A DNA stretch of 64,000 nt from a virus: IMG/VR virus record IMGVR_UViG_3300047323_000675, one strand, 5' to 3'. Numbering within the stretch: the first letter of the stretch is position 1; the number at the start of each line of letters is the position of its first letter. The notes below the pieces were generated by a model. That model ran no database searches, was not told where the DNA came from, and saw nothing but the letters and a program-made list of their open reading frames with translations. Below, one piece after another: positions 32,065-42,690 of this stretch. Both the position numbers and the translations under genes were made by a program.

Positions 32065-33288
32065 TTAAACTTTAGGTCTTTTAGGTTTTACCTCGTTTGA
32101 ATCTAATGTGTCATTAAGATTATGATACATATAATATTGATGAACAAATTTGGCATCCATATTAGTGCTTAATTCATCTTCACCATGATATGATTCTGAC
32201 CAGGTTAATCTAATTTTTTCTGATACTTCTAAAACACCTTTTAAAGCTGTTAACAATATTTTTTCAGCTTTTTCTAAATTTTCATAAGTATCTGTGGAAA
32301 AATATAAGATAACATTAGACTGATGTTCTTTGTTTTCAATATTAGTAATTGTTATATCCTCACCTATAAGCTGCATAAATTCAGAACTAGCAACTACTGT
32401 TAAACAATGAGTAGCTATATTTGATAAATGCCTTCCATCCTTATGTGTTAAGCCATATTGTTCAATCAATAGAAATAGATTTATGTCTATACATCCTTGA
32501 CATAATCGTTTAGTAGAGAAAATCTTTGATTCTAATAAATTTGGATAATACTTAAAATTTTCTTCTAGATGATTTGGAAAATTCTGTTTCATATATGAAT
32601 GAATTTTTTTCTGTGAATCATAATTTAAAAATTTACAATAATTAACTAATTTACGAGTTTCTTCATCTTTGATGGTGCAAAAGAAATCTAAAGTATTTAA
32701 AAACCATTCATGTGTAATTTTATCATTTGGAGTAACTTCTAATAATTTAAAAAAGTTAGCCACTTCTTCATCAACTGATTGATGGCTAAATCTTTTATAT
32801 TCAGCTAATATTTCAATAAATTTGTTATTTATTTTATCTATAATTTTTTCATTTCTATTATTTAAATAATCTAAGTAAATACTAAAAAAATCTCTTATAT
32901 GCCAATCGTTGTAATCTTTTGGTTCATAATTTAAATTATCTAATAAAATTTTAGTTATATCTATGTTATCTTTTTTAAGGAGGTCTAATAATTCAACTGA
33001 CAAATAAGATGACGACTGAATATTTGGAGTATCATTATATTGAAAATCACCATGCTCTGATCGATAAAAACTTGCAATATTTTTTAATAATCCACCGATT
33101 TTCTCACCATTTGAAATCATTTTCTCCCACTCTGGAAACTTGTCTTCTCTCTTAAACCATGAGTAGTACCTATGGTGCACATCAAACCTCGCTAATATTT
33201 TTTCTTTCCAGAATTTGCGAGTTTCATCAGAAAATTTTATATTTTTAAGTGGTGTATGTAATTCAATTTTCATATAGTTATTATTCAA
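32065..33288 (-). CDS. Hypothetical protein with basic tail
   Basis: 407-aa ORF ending LNDTLDSNEVKPKRPKV. Confidence 0.8.
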   Translation of the reverse strand: MNNNYMKIELHTPLKNIKFSDETRKFWKEKILARFDVHHRYYSWFKREDKFPEWEKMISNGEKIGGLLKNIASFYRSEHGDFQYNDTPNIQSSSYLSVELLDLLKKDNIDITKILLDNLNYEPKDYNDWHIRDFFSIYLDYLNNRNEKIIDKINNKFIEILAEYKRFSHQSVDEEVANFFKLLEVTPNDKITHEWFLNTLDFFCTIKDEETRKLVNYCKFLNYDSQKKIHSYMKQNFPNHLEENFKYYPNLLESKIFSTKRLCQGCIDINLFLLIEQYGLTHKDGRHLSNIATHCLTVVASSEFMQLIGEDITITNIENKEHQSNVILYFSTDTYENLEKAEKILLTALKGVLEVSEKIRLTWSESYHGEDELSTNMDAKFVHQYYMYHNLNDTLDSNEVKPKRPKV

Positions 33289-33390
33289 TTTATTACTTAT
33301 AATTATAAAAGAGTGGAAATTTAAGTCAATTAAAACTTCACATTACAATATAATTAAGTATAATATTATTAATAAAGAAAAGGATAAATA

Positions 33391-33954
33391 ATGAAAGTTA
33401 AAGTTATCAAAGACCCTGGATATTATCGTCTTGTTTGTAATGACCAAGCTATCAACGAAAAATATAATCGTTCAGAAGGTAGTCCTATTGAATTAGCTAC
33501 AATGAGTACATGGGAAATGTCTAAGTGTTGGAAGCTAAGAGATATTCGTTTAGAAAATATGTTTTATCCTAGAGGTCATTTAGAAGGAAATAACTTACAA
33601 AAATATACTCCTGTTGATGAAGAAGATGCAAAGAATCTTAAATCACAACTTAGATATTATAAAGAAACCCCTGAAGGTGAAATTAGATGGGGAACTTTTG
33701 TTGGTATCGTAGGTATGGGAGATAGAACTGATCACCCTGATAATCCTAGTTGGATTGCACAATCAGTAGAAGGATGTTGGAGTTTTAATGCTGCAAGAGA
33801 AAAGTTTAAAGAAATCAAAGAGTTTTGGAAGAACTTCCAAGGTGATGATTTGGAAAGCGCAATGATGGAAAATCCAAATAAACAAATAAGTGAATTTGAT
33901 TATAGATTCCAAAAAGGTGAATATAGTAGCACTCCAAAAAAAAATAAAATGTAA
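33391..33954 (+). CDS. Hypothetical protein
   Basis: AAGGA RBS; tail PKKNKM. Confidence 0.8.
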   Translation: MKVKVIKDPGYYRLVCNDQAINEKYNRSEGSPIELATMSTWEMSKCWKLRDIRLENMFYPRGHLEGNNLQKYTPVDEEDAKNLKSQLRYYKETPEGEIRWGTFVGIVGMGDRTDHPDNPSWIAQSVEGCWSFNAAREKFKEIKEFWKNFQGDDLESAMMENPNKQISEFDYRFQKGEYSSTPKKNKM

Positions 33955-33968
33955 TATTAAGGATAATT

Positions 33969-34499
33969 ATGGTTCAATTTGATTTAAAAAAAACAAATAT
34001 TTTCATTCGTTTTGCTCCTAATTTACAAGAAGAATTAGAAGAGTATATGTTTGTCTATTCTGATATAAATGGTTTAGCTCATTTAGAAAAAAAACTAAAA
34101 GAAGATAATCTATTTTCTGATTTATTAAACCCGCCTGAAATTCTTGAAAAAATGGTAAATAAAATTTCTGCTAAATTTTCTTCTAATGAATTTCCAGGTA
34201 TTGATTCTGGAGCATGGATTGGAAGATTTATAGGTGCATTTCCAAAAAAAGGTCAAAATTTGGATGAGCATCTTATACCTTGGATGATTAAGCTAGAAAA
34301 TTTATTGGGGAAAGAAAATATTTTTAAAGTAGTTATTCCATTAAAAGAGTTTGATGATTATACGAAATCAATTAGAAATAAAGAAAAAGATGAACGCAAC
34401 CAATTAGTATTGCGTTATATTGAAAGCTATAGACTGAAATTAGAACTAGAAAATGATTTAAAAGATAGTAAAAATTATAAAACTAAAATTAAATTATAA
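33969..34499 (+). CDS. Hypothetical protein, paralogue A
   Basis: QFDL.K.NIF, LGKENIF, YRL.LEL.NDL shared with 34530..35069. Confidence 0.8.
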   Translation: MVQFDLKKTNIFIRFAPNLQEELEEYMFVYSDINGLAHLEKKLKEDNLFSDLLNPPEILEKMVNKISAKFSSNEFPGIDSGAWIGRFIGAFPKKGQNLDEHLIPWMIKLENLLGKENIFKVVIPLKEFDDYTKSIRNKEKDERNQLVLRYIESYRLKLELENDLKDSKNYKTKIKL

Positions 34500-34520
34500 A
34501 ACTAAAATTAAATTATAAAA
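34472..34520. repeat. 19-bp tandem duplication spanning the stop codon of 33969..34499
   Basis: AAATTATAAAACTAAAATT x2 plus an 11-nt partial third copy. Confidence 0.85.
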
Positions 34521-34529
34521 GAAGAATAT

Positions 34530-35069
34530 ATGAAACAATTTGACTTAGATAAACCGAATATTTTCATGAAATTAATGTTTGTTGATGAAGAAACTAATAA
34601 TAAAGAATTAACATTCCTTTATTCCGATTCCAATGGAATGAAACATTTAGAGACAGTATTAGAACAAAATCCTTTATTCTCAAATTTATTGTCTCCAACA
34701 GAAGTGCTAACGAAAATGTCTTATGAAATAGCAGGATTATTTGCTTCTAATCAATTTACAGGAGTTGAATCCTGTGGTTGGATAGGTAAATTTGTAAAAG
34801 CATTTTCTAATGAAGAGCCGTATTTTAATACAGAATTTAATAAATGGAAGAACCAATTAGAGGCATTTCTTGGTAAAGAAAATATTTTTGAGGTTAAAAT
34901 TCCGGCTAATGAATTTGATACATACTACGAATCAATAATTAATTCAGGTATTCATAGACATGAACAAAGTATTCATATTTTTAAATTTGTTGAAACTTAT
35001 AGATTAAATTTAGAATTAAGAAATGATTTGAATATAAACGACAATCCTAATCGTAAGCATAAATTATGA
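34530..35069 (+). CDS. Hypothetical protein, paralogue B
   Basis: Similar to 33969..34499. Confidence 0.8.
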   Translation: MKQFDLDKPNIFMKLMFVDEETNNKELTFLYSDSNGMKHLETVLEQNPLFSNLLSPTEVLTKMSYEIAGLFASNQFTGVESCGWIGKFVKAFSNEEPYFNTEFNKWKNQLEAFLGKENIFEVKIPANEFDTYYESIINSGIHRHEQSIHIFKFVETYRLNLELRNDLNINDNPNRKHKL

Positions 35070-35674
35070 AAAAAAATAAATTCTTAAAAATATCTGAATC
35101 CATAAAAATTTACTTTTATGGTATTAAGAATAAATTTAAAGATGATACTCAAAAAGGTAGAGACTTTTATGAATTATCGGTTTGTTTACAAGTAGGTAAT
35201 ATAAAAAAATTTGACGAATTTTTTCTTAAAAGATATAATCCGATTTCATTTATCTCATTAATTGCTCCAGCAATTGGGAATGGTAAATTAGAAACTTTTT
35301 TAGCACTCGAAGAAAAAGCTATTAAAACGAATAAAATTGAACAATTTTATGAAACTGCTCTTGATTTAGTAACGAGTTTAAATAACTTAGATGTATTAAA
35401 ATATTTGATTAACAATAAACTTATTGATAAAGAAAAAATTGATTATGCATATATAATTAATGCTTATGAATCGGATTCAAAAGATGTATTGAACTATCTA
35501 TTATATGAGTTTAGAGTTCCTACAAATAATGATTTAAATATTAGTTTAAAATCAAATCCGATTGGAAAGTCATATCCTGAAATAATTGAATTAATAGAAA
35601 AACGAGATTTAATGTTTCAGTTAAAAAAAGATTTAAATCAAGAAGAAAAGAAACCAAAACCGAAAAAAATTTAA
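35066..35674 (+). CDS. Degenerate ankyrin-like helical repeat protein
   Basis: GNIKKF, NNLDVLKYLI motifs; paralogue of 39596..40252. Confidence 0.7.
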   Translation: MKKNKFLKISESIKIYFYGIKNKFKDDTQKGRDFYELSVCLQVGNIKKFDEFFLKRYNPISFISLIAPAIGNGKLETFLALEEKAIKTNKIEQFYETALDLVTSLNNLDVLKYLINNKLIDKEKIDYAYIINAYESDSKDVLNYLLYEFRVPTNNDLNISLKSNPIGKSYPEIIELIEKRDLMFQLKKDLNQEEKKPKPKKI

Positions 35675-35685
35675 GAAAGAAAAAT

Positions 35686-36513
35686 ATGAAAACAACTTGG
35701 ATTATGCAAACAAATATGGGTGAAAACAGCGATATTCAAGAGTATGTTCAAGCTGTAAGAGATAGTGGAGCAGATGTAATAGAGGTGGAATATAAAGCAT
35801 TTTCTGATGATTATCCGAATATAGATATTGCTGGACCTGTAGTAGTTTATGGTGCAGTTAATTGGGTAAAAAATATTCAAAAAGCAGGCTTATACCCTTT
35901 AGGTATATTTGGAACTCCTGAAACTTTTACTTATAAGTCTTGGGCAGAGCATTATGGCTCAATGTTACTTAATTCTCCTGATAGCACTCAACTTACAACA
36001 ATTGGTGATTTTTGCTCAGATAAAAGAGATCCTAATGAAGATATTTTCGTTAGACCACAACATGACACCAAAACATTAGTTGGTAGAGTTTGGACTACTA
36101 GTGAATTTAAAAAATGGTGTTTAGAAGCAGCTACAGGCAAACATGCTGAAGTAGATGCAAATACACCAATTGTTGTTGCAACTCCATATGGTATTGAAGC
36201 AGAATGGCGTTTATTTGTAGTGGATAACAAAGTAGTAGGTGCCTCCCAATATCATAAAAAAGGAAGATTGTTTAAATCACCTGGTGCTCCTCAAGATATT
36301 TTAGATTTTGCAGAGAAAGTTATTGCTAAATGGATGCCTGCTCCTGCATATACTTTAGATTTATGCCGTTCAGCAGGTAATTGCTATATTGTTGAAGCAC
36401 AAGGCTTTAATAGTGCAGGACAGTATGCTTGTGATGTTAAAAAAGTTGCAGATGCAGTAAATGAAGTTGCAGTTAAATTATGGAAACAGCATACTAAAAA
36501 AGCTAAGCCTTAA
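35686..36513 (+). CDS. R2K-clade ATP-grasp protein (DUF4343-like)
   Basis: FVRP..DTKTLVG, EAEWRLFVVDNKVVGASQY, YTLDL......IVE...FNSAG. Confidence 0.85.
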   Translation: MKTTWIMQTNMGENSDIQEYVQAVRDSGADVIEVEYKAFSDDYPNIDIAGPVVVYGAVNWVKNIQKAGLYPLGIFGTPETFTYKSWAEHYGSMLLNSPDSTQLTTIGDFCSDKRDPNEDIFVRPQHDTKTLVGRVWTTSEFKKWCLEAATGKHAEVDANTPIVVATPYGIEAEWRLFVVDNKVVGASQYHKKGRLFKSPGAPQDILDFAEKVIAKWMPAPAYTLDLCRSAGNCYIVEAQGFNSAGQYACDVKKVADAVNEVAVKLWKQHTKKAKP

Positions 36514-36547
36514 AATAAAGCCCTTGGCGGGGCTTTTTTATTTCACA

Positions 36548-36994
36548 TTAATCAACTAACTCCCATTTAATTTCAGGTTCTACATAATTTTGAGTATCAT
36601 ACATCGTTTTTGCTAAGAACATTTTTTCAGGATTTTCTTTAATAATTTTATTGATAATATTTTGATACTTTTTTTGTTCATATAAATTCTCTTCAATATC
36701 TATACAAGCTGCAAATATTAGCCAAAATTTAGCTGCTAAAATTAATGTTAAAGGAAAGAAAAGTAGAATAATTTTAGCATTGTCTTTTATAGATAATAAT
36801 TCGTAATGAAATATTAAAAAACCGAATACAAAAATTAATCCAATACTGAAAAAAAGCTGAAGGATATTTTTTTTGATATTTAATAGGTGAACAGATTGTG
36901 AATCTCCTAACCTATTATTCTCATTATCTTTAAGGTAATAACCTTTTTTATCGTAACACATTTGATAGTCCTTCATTTGAAACAACTTCTCCAT
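36548..36994 (-). CDS. Membrane protein (2 TM)
   Basis: Two hydrophobic segments. Confidence 0.65.
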   Translation of the reverse strand: MEKLFQMKDYQMCYDKKGYYLKDNENNRLGDSQSVHLLNIKKNILQLFFSIGLIFVFGFLIFHYELLSIKDNAKIILLFFPLTLILAAKFWLIFAACIDIEENLYEQKKYQNIINKIIKENPEKMFLAKTMYDTQNYVEPEIKWELVD

Positions 36995-37039
36995 AAAAAG
37001 ACCATCTTATACGATAACCTTATTTTTTCAAGTATGAAA

Positions 37040-37498
37040 TTAATTAATCTTAAAATTTATTTTATTTCTTTTAGATGGATGATTGGCTTTTTCTAATGCA
37101 AGTTCATAAAAATAAGTCATATAATTTACAAAATCTTCTTCAGAAGATTGCATAGTTAAGTTTTTACCATGCTCATCATATTTTAATAAATCTACTAATT
37201 GATTTTTAAATGCTAGAGGATAAACTACTCCAGGAACATTAGCTCTGAAGGTTTCGGTATTGTGATCTTCAAATACATAATAGGTTTTTCCATTAGATTC
37301 AAAAAGAGCTATATCATCACTAAATGGATCGCACAAGACAGCTTCAGCTTCGCTTTTATCATCAAGAACTAAAGAACCATCTTTTTTCACATATGCATGG
37401 AAGTTTTGCATTGAACCTTCCAAGTAAAACAAGCCTTCAATCAAAAAATCATTTTCTGAAATTGCAGCTTTTTTACTGTCCTTATATGCTTTATCCAT
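37040..37498 (-). CDS. Hypothetical protein
   Basis: GGGAG RBS; 152-aa ORF. Confidence 0.75.
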   Translation of the reverse strand: MDKAYKDSKKAAISENDFLIEGLFYLEGSMQNFHAYVKKDGSLVLDDKSEAEAVLCDPFSDDIALFESNGKTYYVFEDHNTETFRANVPGVVYPLAFKNQLVDLLKYDEHGKNLTMQSSEEDFVNYMTYFYELALEKANHPSKRNKINFKIN

Positions 37499-37635
37499 AT
37501 TAATCTCCCAATTTAATAGTTATCAAATTATACCAAATTACCATCAAAAATGATAATAATTTACATTTAAATTAAATAAATATTGATTTCTTTAAATCAT
37601 TCCTTAGTCTATATTTAACATTTAAAGGATATGAT

Positions 37636-38214
37636 ATGGATAATTATACACATATAGGATTTATAAATAAAAATTTATCTATTAATGAAGCTATAATTCT
37701 TAATAGAATATCTAGTTATACTAGAACCAATATAGAAAATTATGTTTTAAATGAAATAAAGTTTCAACTTGCAGATTTAGAGTTTGTTTTAGACAATCGT
37801 AATGATGCACTGATGTTTTTTATTAGTAAAAGTGGAGAGATTTATTACCATAAAGTATTGGGAACTATTCAGAAAACTCTTTATAGGGAAGATACAGGAG
37901 CAGTTGTTACATTAAAAGTAATAACACAAAGTACTGCTCCAAATCGTGCAAGCAATAATATTACTAGTCTTGCTCTACCAGCTTATACTTTTGAAATTAT
38001 AGGGAAAAGGATGAGTCATTGGGATTTTATTAACAAAATGCATTTAGATAATCCTGAAGATAAAGTTTCAGCAGAGGATACACATACAAAAGGCATTCCC
38101 CTCCTTCAGCAAGATTATAAATTTAAATTATTTAATATTTTGCCTGATTTAAATATTAATTTTCCTATAACACAAATCAGGTTTAAAAAAGGTAGTTCAC
38201 CATATAAAATTTAA
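37636..38214 (+). CDS. Hypothetical protein
   Basis: AAGGA RBS; terminator ~38216-38242. Confidence 0.75.
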   Translation: MDNYTHIGFINKNLSINEAIILNRISSYTRTNIENYVLNEIKFQLADLEFVLDNRNDALMFFISKSGEIYYHKVLGTIQKTLYREDTGAVVTLKVITQSTAPNRASNNITSLALPAYTFEIIGKRMSHWDFINKMHLDNPEDKVSAEDTHTKGIPLLQQDYKFKLFNILPDLNINFPITQIRFKKGSSPYKI

Positions 38215-38312
38215 AAGAAAGCCTACTTATGTAGGCTTATTTTTATTCATAATTAATTTTGACAATATTCTATTTTTAAATATATACTCATTTAAATTAT
38301 TTTAATAATATT

Positions 38313-38699
38313 ATGAAAAAAGCAAAGCCATTCACATATAAACCAATTACTCCAATCATTCCTCAGTCATCTAAAAATCTGAAATATGATAATGGATTAG
38401 ATATTAAGCCTATTGTTAATCCTGCTCATCAATCAATGTATTTAAAAGAAGAAAATAAATTTCAACAATTTATTTATTTAAGTGATAAAGATATTGAAAA
38501 ATTGGGCAATTTCTATGTAGAAGATTTTTTTGTTGATGTTAAAAAGAAAAGAGGAGAAATTTGGTTATTTATAAATGATATTTATCTTGTCTTAAGTGAT
38601 TTAAATATTAAAATCATTGAGGAATTACAGAAGAAAAAATTAGATTTTTGTTTCTTTAAAGAAGATAAGACTTTTATTACTGCATTCAGATTGGCATAA
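38313..38699 (+). CDS. Hypothetical protein
   Basis: TTGACA promoter upstream; terminator downstream. Confidence 0.75.
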   Translation: MKKAKPFTYKPITPIIPQSSKNLKYDNGLDIKPIVNPAHQSMYLKEENKFQQFIYLSDKDIEKLGNFYVEDFFVDVKKKRGEIWLFINDIYLVLSDLNIKIIEELQKKKLDFCFFKEDKTFITAFRLA

Positions 38700-38730
38700 A
38701 TAAAGCTCCTTTAAAGAGCTTTATGAATAT

Positions 38731-39243
38731 TTATTTACCGACTTCATTTAATTTACCTTTTGAATATAAAACTTTGACAATAACTTTTTTATTTGGAAAG
38801 TTTGGTGCATCATTTTCGCCCACTTCTAAAGCATCAAAAGAAATATTCATATCACCATTTTTATTTTCAATAGCTTTAGCTTTAAGTCCCTGCACACCTC
38901 GCCAACCTTTTCCACCAATAGGGATATTATCTACATAGGTATAATAAGGCACATTATTTTCATTAAAGTTTTCTTCAAATATTGCTAAGAATTGAGTATG
39001 ATTATTTCCACCACCAAATCCTTCCATTGTAAACACAGTAAGAACCAGTTTAGATGAACCTTTTCTATTTATGAAATCCACATAAGTAGCAGGAGTATAA
39101 GAGACAGCATAACCATCACTTAATAATTCACCTAATTTTTGCACTTGAATTGTAAGTTCTTTAGGGATTTGTTTTTCTTTAGTTGCTGCATGAGAAAGTA
39201 AACAAATTGAAGATAATAATAGTGATATTACGATTTTTTTCAT
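38731..39243 (-). CDS. Secreted hypothetical protein
   Basis: Signal peptide MKKIVISLLLSSICLLSHA; FTMEGFGGGNNHTQFLAIF core. Confidence 0.8.
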   Translation of the reverse strand: MKKIVISLLLSSICLLSHAATKEKQIPKELTIQVQKLGELLSDGYAVSYTPATYVDFINRKGSSKLVLTVFTMEGFGGGNNHTQFLAIFEENFNENNVPYYTYVDNIPIGGKGWRGVQGLKAKAIENKNGDMNISFDALEVGENDAPNFPNKKVIVKVLYSKGKLNEVGK

Positions 39244-39245
39244 AA

Positions 39246-39530
39246 TTATTCTTGCTCCTTTATTAAATTTTTAGTTGTTTGATATTTTTTAATTCTAATA
39301 ATTACTACTTTTAAAAATAATAAAGGACCTAGTATATATGACATCCATAAGATAATCTCTGTTATTGCTTTAGTATGTGGAGGCCCAAAACAATGACCAT
39401 TAACAACATCTCCAATACCTGCTGCTTTTGCAGAAAAAGATATGAGCAAAAACATGAATATAAATATTTTTTTCATTATAAATCCATAATAATTAATAAT
39501 GGTTATATAGAATAAATTCATTATTATCAA
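39246..39530 (-). CDS. Small exported/membrane protein (true start probably MKKIFIF)
   Basis: Signal-like segment plus one TM helix. Confidence 0.6.
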   Translation of the reverse strand: MIIMNLFYITIINYYGFIMKKIFIFMFLLISFSAKAAGIGDVVNGHCFGPPHTKAITEIILWMSYILGPLLFLKVVIIRIKKYQTTKNLIKEQE

Positions 39531-39595
39531 TAGTAGTCTTATTTGTTAATCGTTTTAATATTGATATAATAGGTATTATATAGAATGTCATTAAT

Positions 39596-40252
39596 ATGAA
39601 AAATAATATTTTTTTAAATATTTCCAATTCAATCAGTTGGATAAAAGATTTGTTCAGAAATAACGATTTTTGGTATAATCAAGATTTTTATACTGAAAAA
39701 GCTGTTAAAGAAGGTAATATAAAAAAATTTGAGCAAATATGTAATGGTAGAAATCCACATACTGATTTTAGTTATTTATCAAGTTATGCAATTTTACAAG
39801 ATAACTTAGAATTATTTTTTAAAATAGAGCAAAAAGCTATTCAAGCTAGAAAAAATAGAGCTAGTAGTAGAAATTTTGAAAAAAAATATAAAACTAAGCA
39901 TTTAAAATATTTATTTTATAACGAAGTTATAGATGCTGCTATTACAAGAGATAACATTGAATTAGTAAAATATTTAATTGAAAATAAAAAAATAGACAAA
40001 AAAGAAGCATTTGATGGACATTCAGTATTGCAAATGGCTAGATATGATGCATATAAAGTTTTGAAATATGTCTTATTTGAGTTAAATATACCGCTTAGTG
40101 ATATATTAATGCAAAAGTTAGAGTATGATGACAATGGAAATAAACATACTAAAACATTAGATTTAATTGAAAAAAGAAATATGTATTTCCAATTAAATAG
40201 TAGTTTAGAAAAGTCTAACCAAATTAATAAAAATAAGTCATTAAAAATATAA
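39596..40252 (+). CDS. Degenerate ankyrin-like helical repeat protein
   Basis: AVKEGNIKKF, AAITRDNIELVKYLI; paralogue of 35066..35674. Confidence 0.75.
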   Translation: MKNNIFLNISNSISWIKDLFRNNDFWYNQDFYTEKAVKEGNIKKFEQICNGRNPHTDFSYLSSYAILQDNLELFFKIEQKAIQARKNRASSRNFEKKYKTKHLKYLFYNEVIDAAITRDNIELVKYLIENKKIDKKEAFDGHSVLQMARYDAYKVLKYVLFELNIPLSDILMQKLEYDDNGNKHTKTLDLIEKRNMYFQLNSSLEKSNQINKNKSLKI

Positions 40253-40350
40253 AAGCCCACAAAAAGGCTTTTTTTCTTCTTCAACATTTATTATGATAGA
40301 AAGTAGAACAGTAGTTTGAAATAACTATTTTTTCAATATGTCTGAACGAT

Positions 40351-40743
40351 TTGGTGTTTTACTGTCCCATTACTAGTATGGCAAACAACGAAAGGACAGT
40401 TATGAAATTTCCTAATATTAAGGTTGGTGATGTAGTTGGGCTAAAAAGCGATAACCCGAATTCACTTCGTTATTACAAATATGAACGAGCTAAAGTGTTG
40501 GAGATAAATGATGATCAATTTAGATTGGAACGAGGATGGTTTTCAAAAGAATATGGTCGTAAAGGATTTAATATTGTCATTTCTCTTGAGGAACTAGAGG
40601 AAAATAATTCAATTTTTTACAGAGAGCGTACTGCAAATCGCTTATTAGAGAATATAAACAAAAAATTAAGCAATCTTGGAACTTCTCCAACTGATGTAGC
40701 ACTATTAGAGAATATAAATAACATTCTTAGTAGCTATACTTAA
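40351..40743 (+). CDS. Hypothetical protein (SH3/KOW-like N-terminus; likely start MKFPNIKVGD)
   Basis: IKVGDVVG motif; AAGGA RBS before the internal ATG. Confidence 0.65.
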   Translation: MVFYCPITSMANNERTVMKFPNIKVGDVVGLKSDNPNSLRYYKYERAKVLEINDDQFRLERGWFSKEYGRKGFNIVISLEELEENNSIFYRERTANRLLENINKKLSNLGTSPTDVALLENINNILSSYT

Positions 40744-40896
40744 GAATTTTATAAAATATTTGTTTGAATGTATGGGAAGCCAATTCAAGAAAGCTCTGAT
40801 ATGAACCGTTTTTCAGAGGATTATTTAAATATTTTTAATGATAGTTATAAATGATATTGAACATTAATTTATTCTTGGTATCATTAATATAAATAC

Positions 40897-42654
40897 ATGG
40901 GAATATTTATGCTCAATTTTAGTAATCAAGAAATATTGAATAGCACTTTATTGTCAAGTATGGCATATATTGAAGATAGAGATATTCGTGGTGGAGAATT
41001 GTATCTTCAACAATTAGTGCCTAAATCTCAAACTCAAGATTTCCTTAACAGAAATAATATTACTACAGAAACTATAAAATCAATAGAAGACTTTGATAAA
41101 TATGTAAACTTTTATTTAGAAGAGGTAAGAAACCTTCCACTATTTAAAAGAGTAATGGGACAAAAAGCTAGATTTTATCAAAGATTTAAAGATGAATTTT
41201 ATATTCAATATAATTCCTCTGATTATAAAGCTGAAGATGATGAGGATACCCAGTTTAAATTCTTTTATAACTTAGCAAAGCAAGATGCTATTATTGAAAC
41301 TAAAAGAATTATTACAGAACAAATGATGAAAGAATTAAAACTTTCTGGAGTTATGTTTGAAACTTATAAAACAAAAATTGATAACGATATAATAACAAGA
41401 ATAGATTATAAAGACTCAAATAATATTAAGAGAAAAATATTAAATAGAGATGCTAGTGCTTTATGGCAAAAATTTACACCTATATCATTTTCAAAAGAAT
41501 TAAAAGATAAATATAAACTTTACGATCCAAAAAATAATAACAATATAAAAGCTACTTTCAGCATTTTAGGTTATATAGATGTAGCTAAAGTAAATAACCC
41601 AGGCCATAGAGAAAAACTTACAAAAGATGCCTCTGTATTAGTTGGATATGTAAAAGAAAATGATGAAGATGTTTTATATATATCTTTTCGTGGAACAGAA
41701 CAAAAAGTAAAGTCTGCTTTAAAATATTTCTTGGAAAATTACCCTAATATGGAAAGGCAATATAATTATTTTGAACCTATCCTAAAAGATATAATAGAAG
41801 TAGAAAGTAAAAAATATAAAGAATTACATCCTGATAAAAAACTTAAAGTTATTTTTACAGGACATAGCTTGGGAGCAGCTTTGGCCGAGAAAGCCCTAGA
41901 TAAATTTCAAGATAATGAAAATATTTCCTATAAAGGTATATTTGTTTCAAATCCTGGTTCATTTCACTACTTACAAAATGTAGTTAATAAATTAGATAAA
42001 TTTGAATACGATATAGATAGAATTAAAAATAGCCAAATTAATACTAATAAAGCTAAATTCTTAGCATTAGGTGCAGAAGTTATGGAAGTTGGCATTAAAT
42101 CCGTAAAAGCAACTTTACTTTTAGGTGTTGCTTTTACTAGCTATTTAAGTGGCTCCATAAATATAAAAATGCATCTTAGAGAAGATGAAATATCTAATTA
42201 TCCTAATGGATTTTCATTATATTCGGATAATTTTTTACAAAATTTAGAAAATTCAATTATTAAATTGTTTTCTAGAGGAATAACAGGAACAATTAAAAAA
42301 CTAGCTACTCCTATTATTGATAAAAAAAATGCTGATCCAAGAGCATGCACTATTAATCATGAACAAGATAATATACCCAAAATTGGTAGAGCTTTATTTC
42401 AAAATAATAATCCTCAACAAGTAATTTTAAAAGATTTACTTCCCATTGATGAAAGTCCTAACTTTTTAGGAAAAGTATTCCAAATTGATTATCATGGTAG
42501 AGATGCTTATTATTCGGAACTTAAAAAATTATCTATGCTTGGCGATATTTATCAACCTCAAGTTAGTGAAGATAAAGAGCCAGTTATTCAAAGGATTAAG
42601 AATTTAAGAAATAATTTTAATAATACAGAAACACAAAAGTATAAAATTAGATAA
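40897..42654 (+). CDS. Lipase class 3-like alpha/beta hydrolase
   Basis: ISFRGTEQKVKSA, FTGHSLGAALA; paralogue of 21957..23666. Confidence 0.85.
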   Translation: MGIFMLNFSNQEILNSTLLSSMAYIEDRDIRGGELYLQQLVPKSQTQDFLNRNNITTETIKSIEDFDKYVNFYLEEVRNLPLFKRVMGQKARFYQRFKDEFYIQYNSSDYKAEDDEDTQFKFFYNLAKQDAIIETKRIITEQMMKELKLSGVMFETYKTKIDNDIITRIDYKDSNNIKRKILNRDASALWQKFTPISFSKELKDKYKLYDPKNNNNIKATFSILGYIDVAKVNNPGHREKLTKDASVLVGYVKENDEDVLYISFRGTEQKVKSALKYFLENYPNMERQYNYFEPILKDIIEVESKKYKELHPDKKLKVIFTGHSLGAALAEKALDKFQDNENISYKGIFVSNPGSFHYLQNVVNKLDKFEYDIDRIKNSQINTNKAKFLALGAEVMEVGIKSVKATLLLGVAFTSYLSGSINIKMHLREDEISNYPNGFSLYSDNFLQNLENSIIKLFSRGITGTIKKLATPIIDKKNADPRACTINHEQDNIPKIGRALFQNNNPQQVILKDLLPIDESPNFLGKVFQIDYHGRDAYYSELKKLSMLGDIYQPQVSEDKEPVIQRIKNLRNNFNNTETQKYKIR

Positions 42655-42690
42655 TAAAAAAGCCTCATAAGAGGCTTTATATATTAGGAG

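Noticed and set aside
30782-36513. Link between the ATP-grasp ligases (cf. RimK glutamylation, tubulin-tyrosine ligase) and the Glu/Tyr tRNA array
   Set aside because: ATP-grasp ligases use free amino acids, not tRNAs, and the genes are ~18 kb away; likely coincidence
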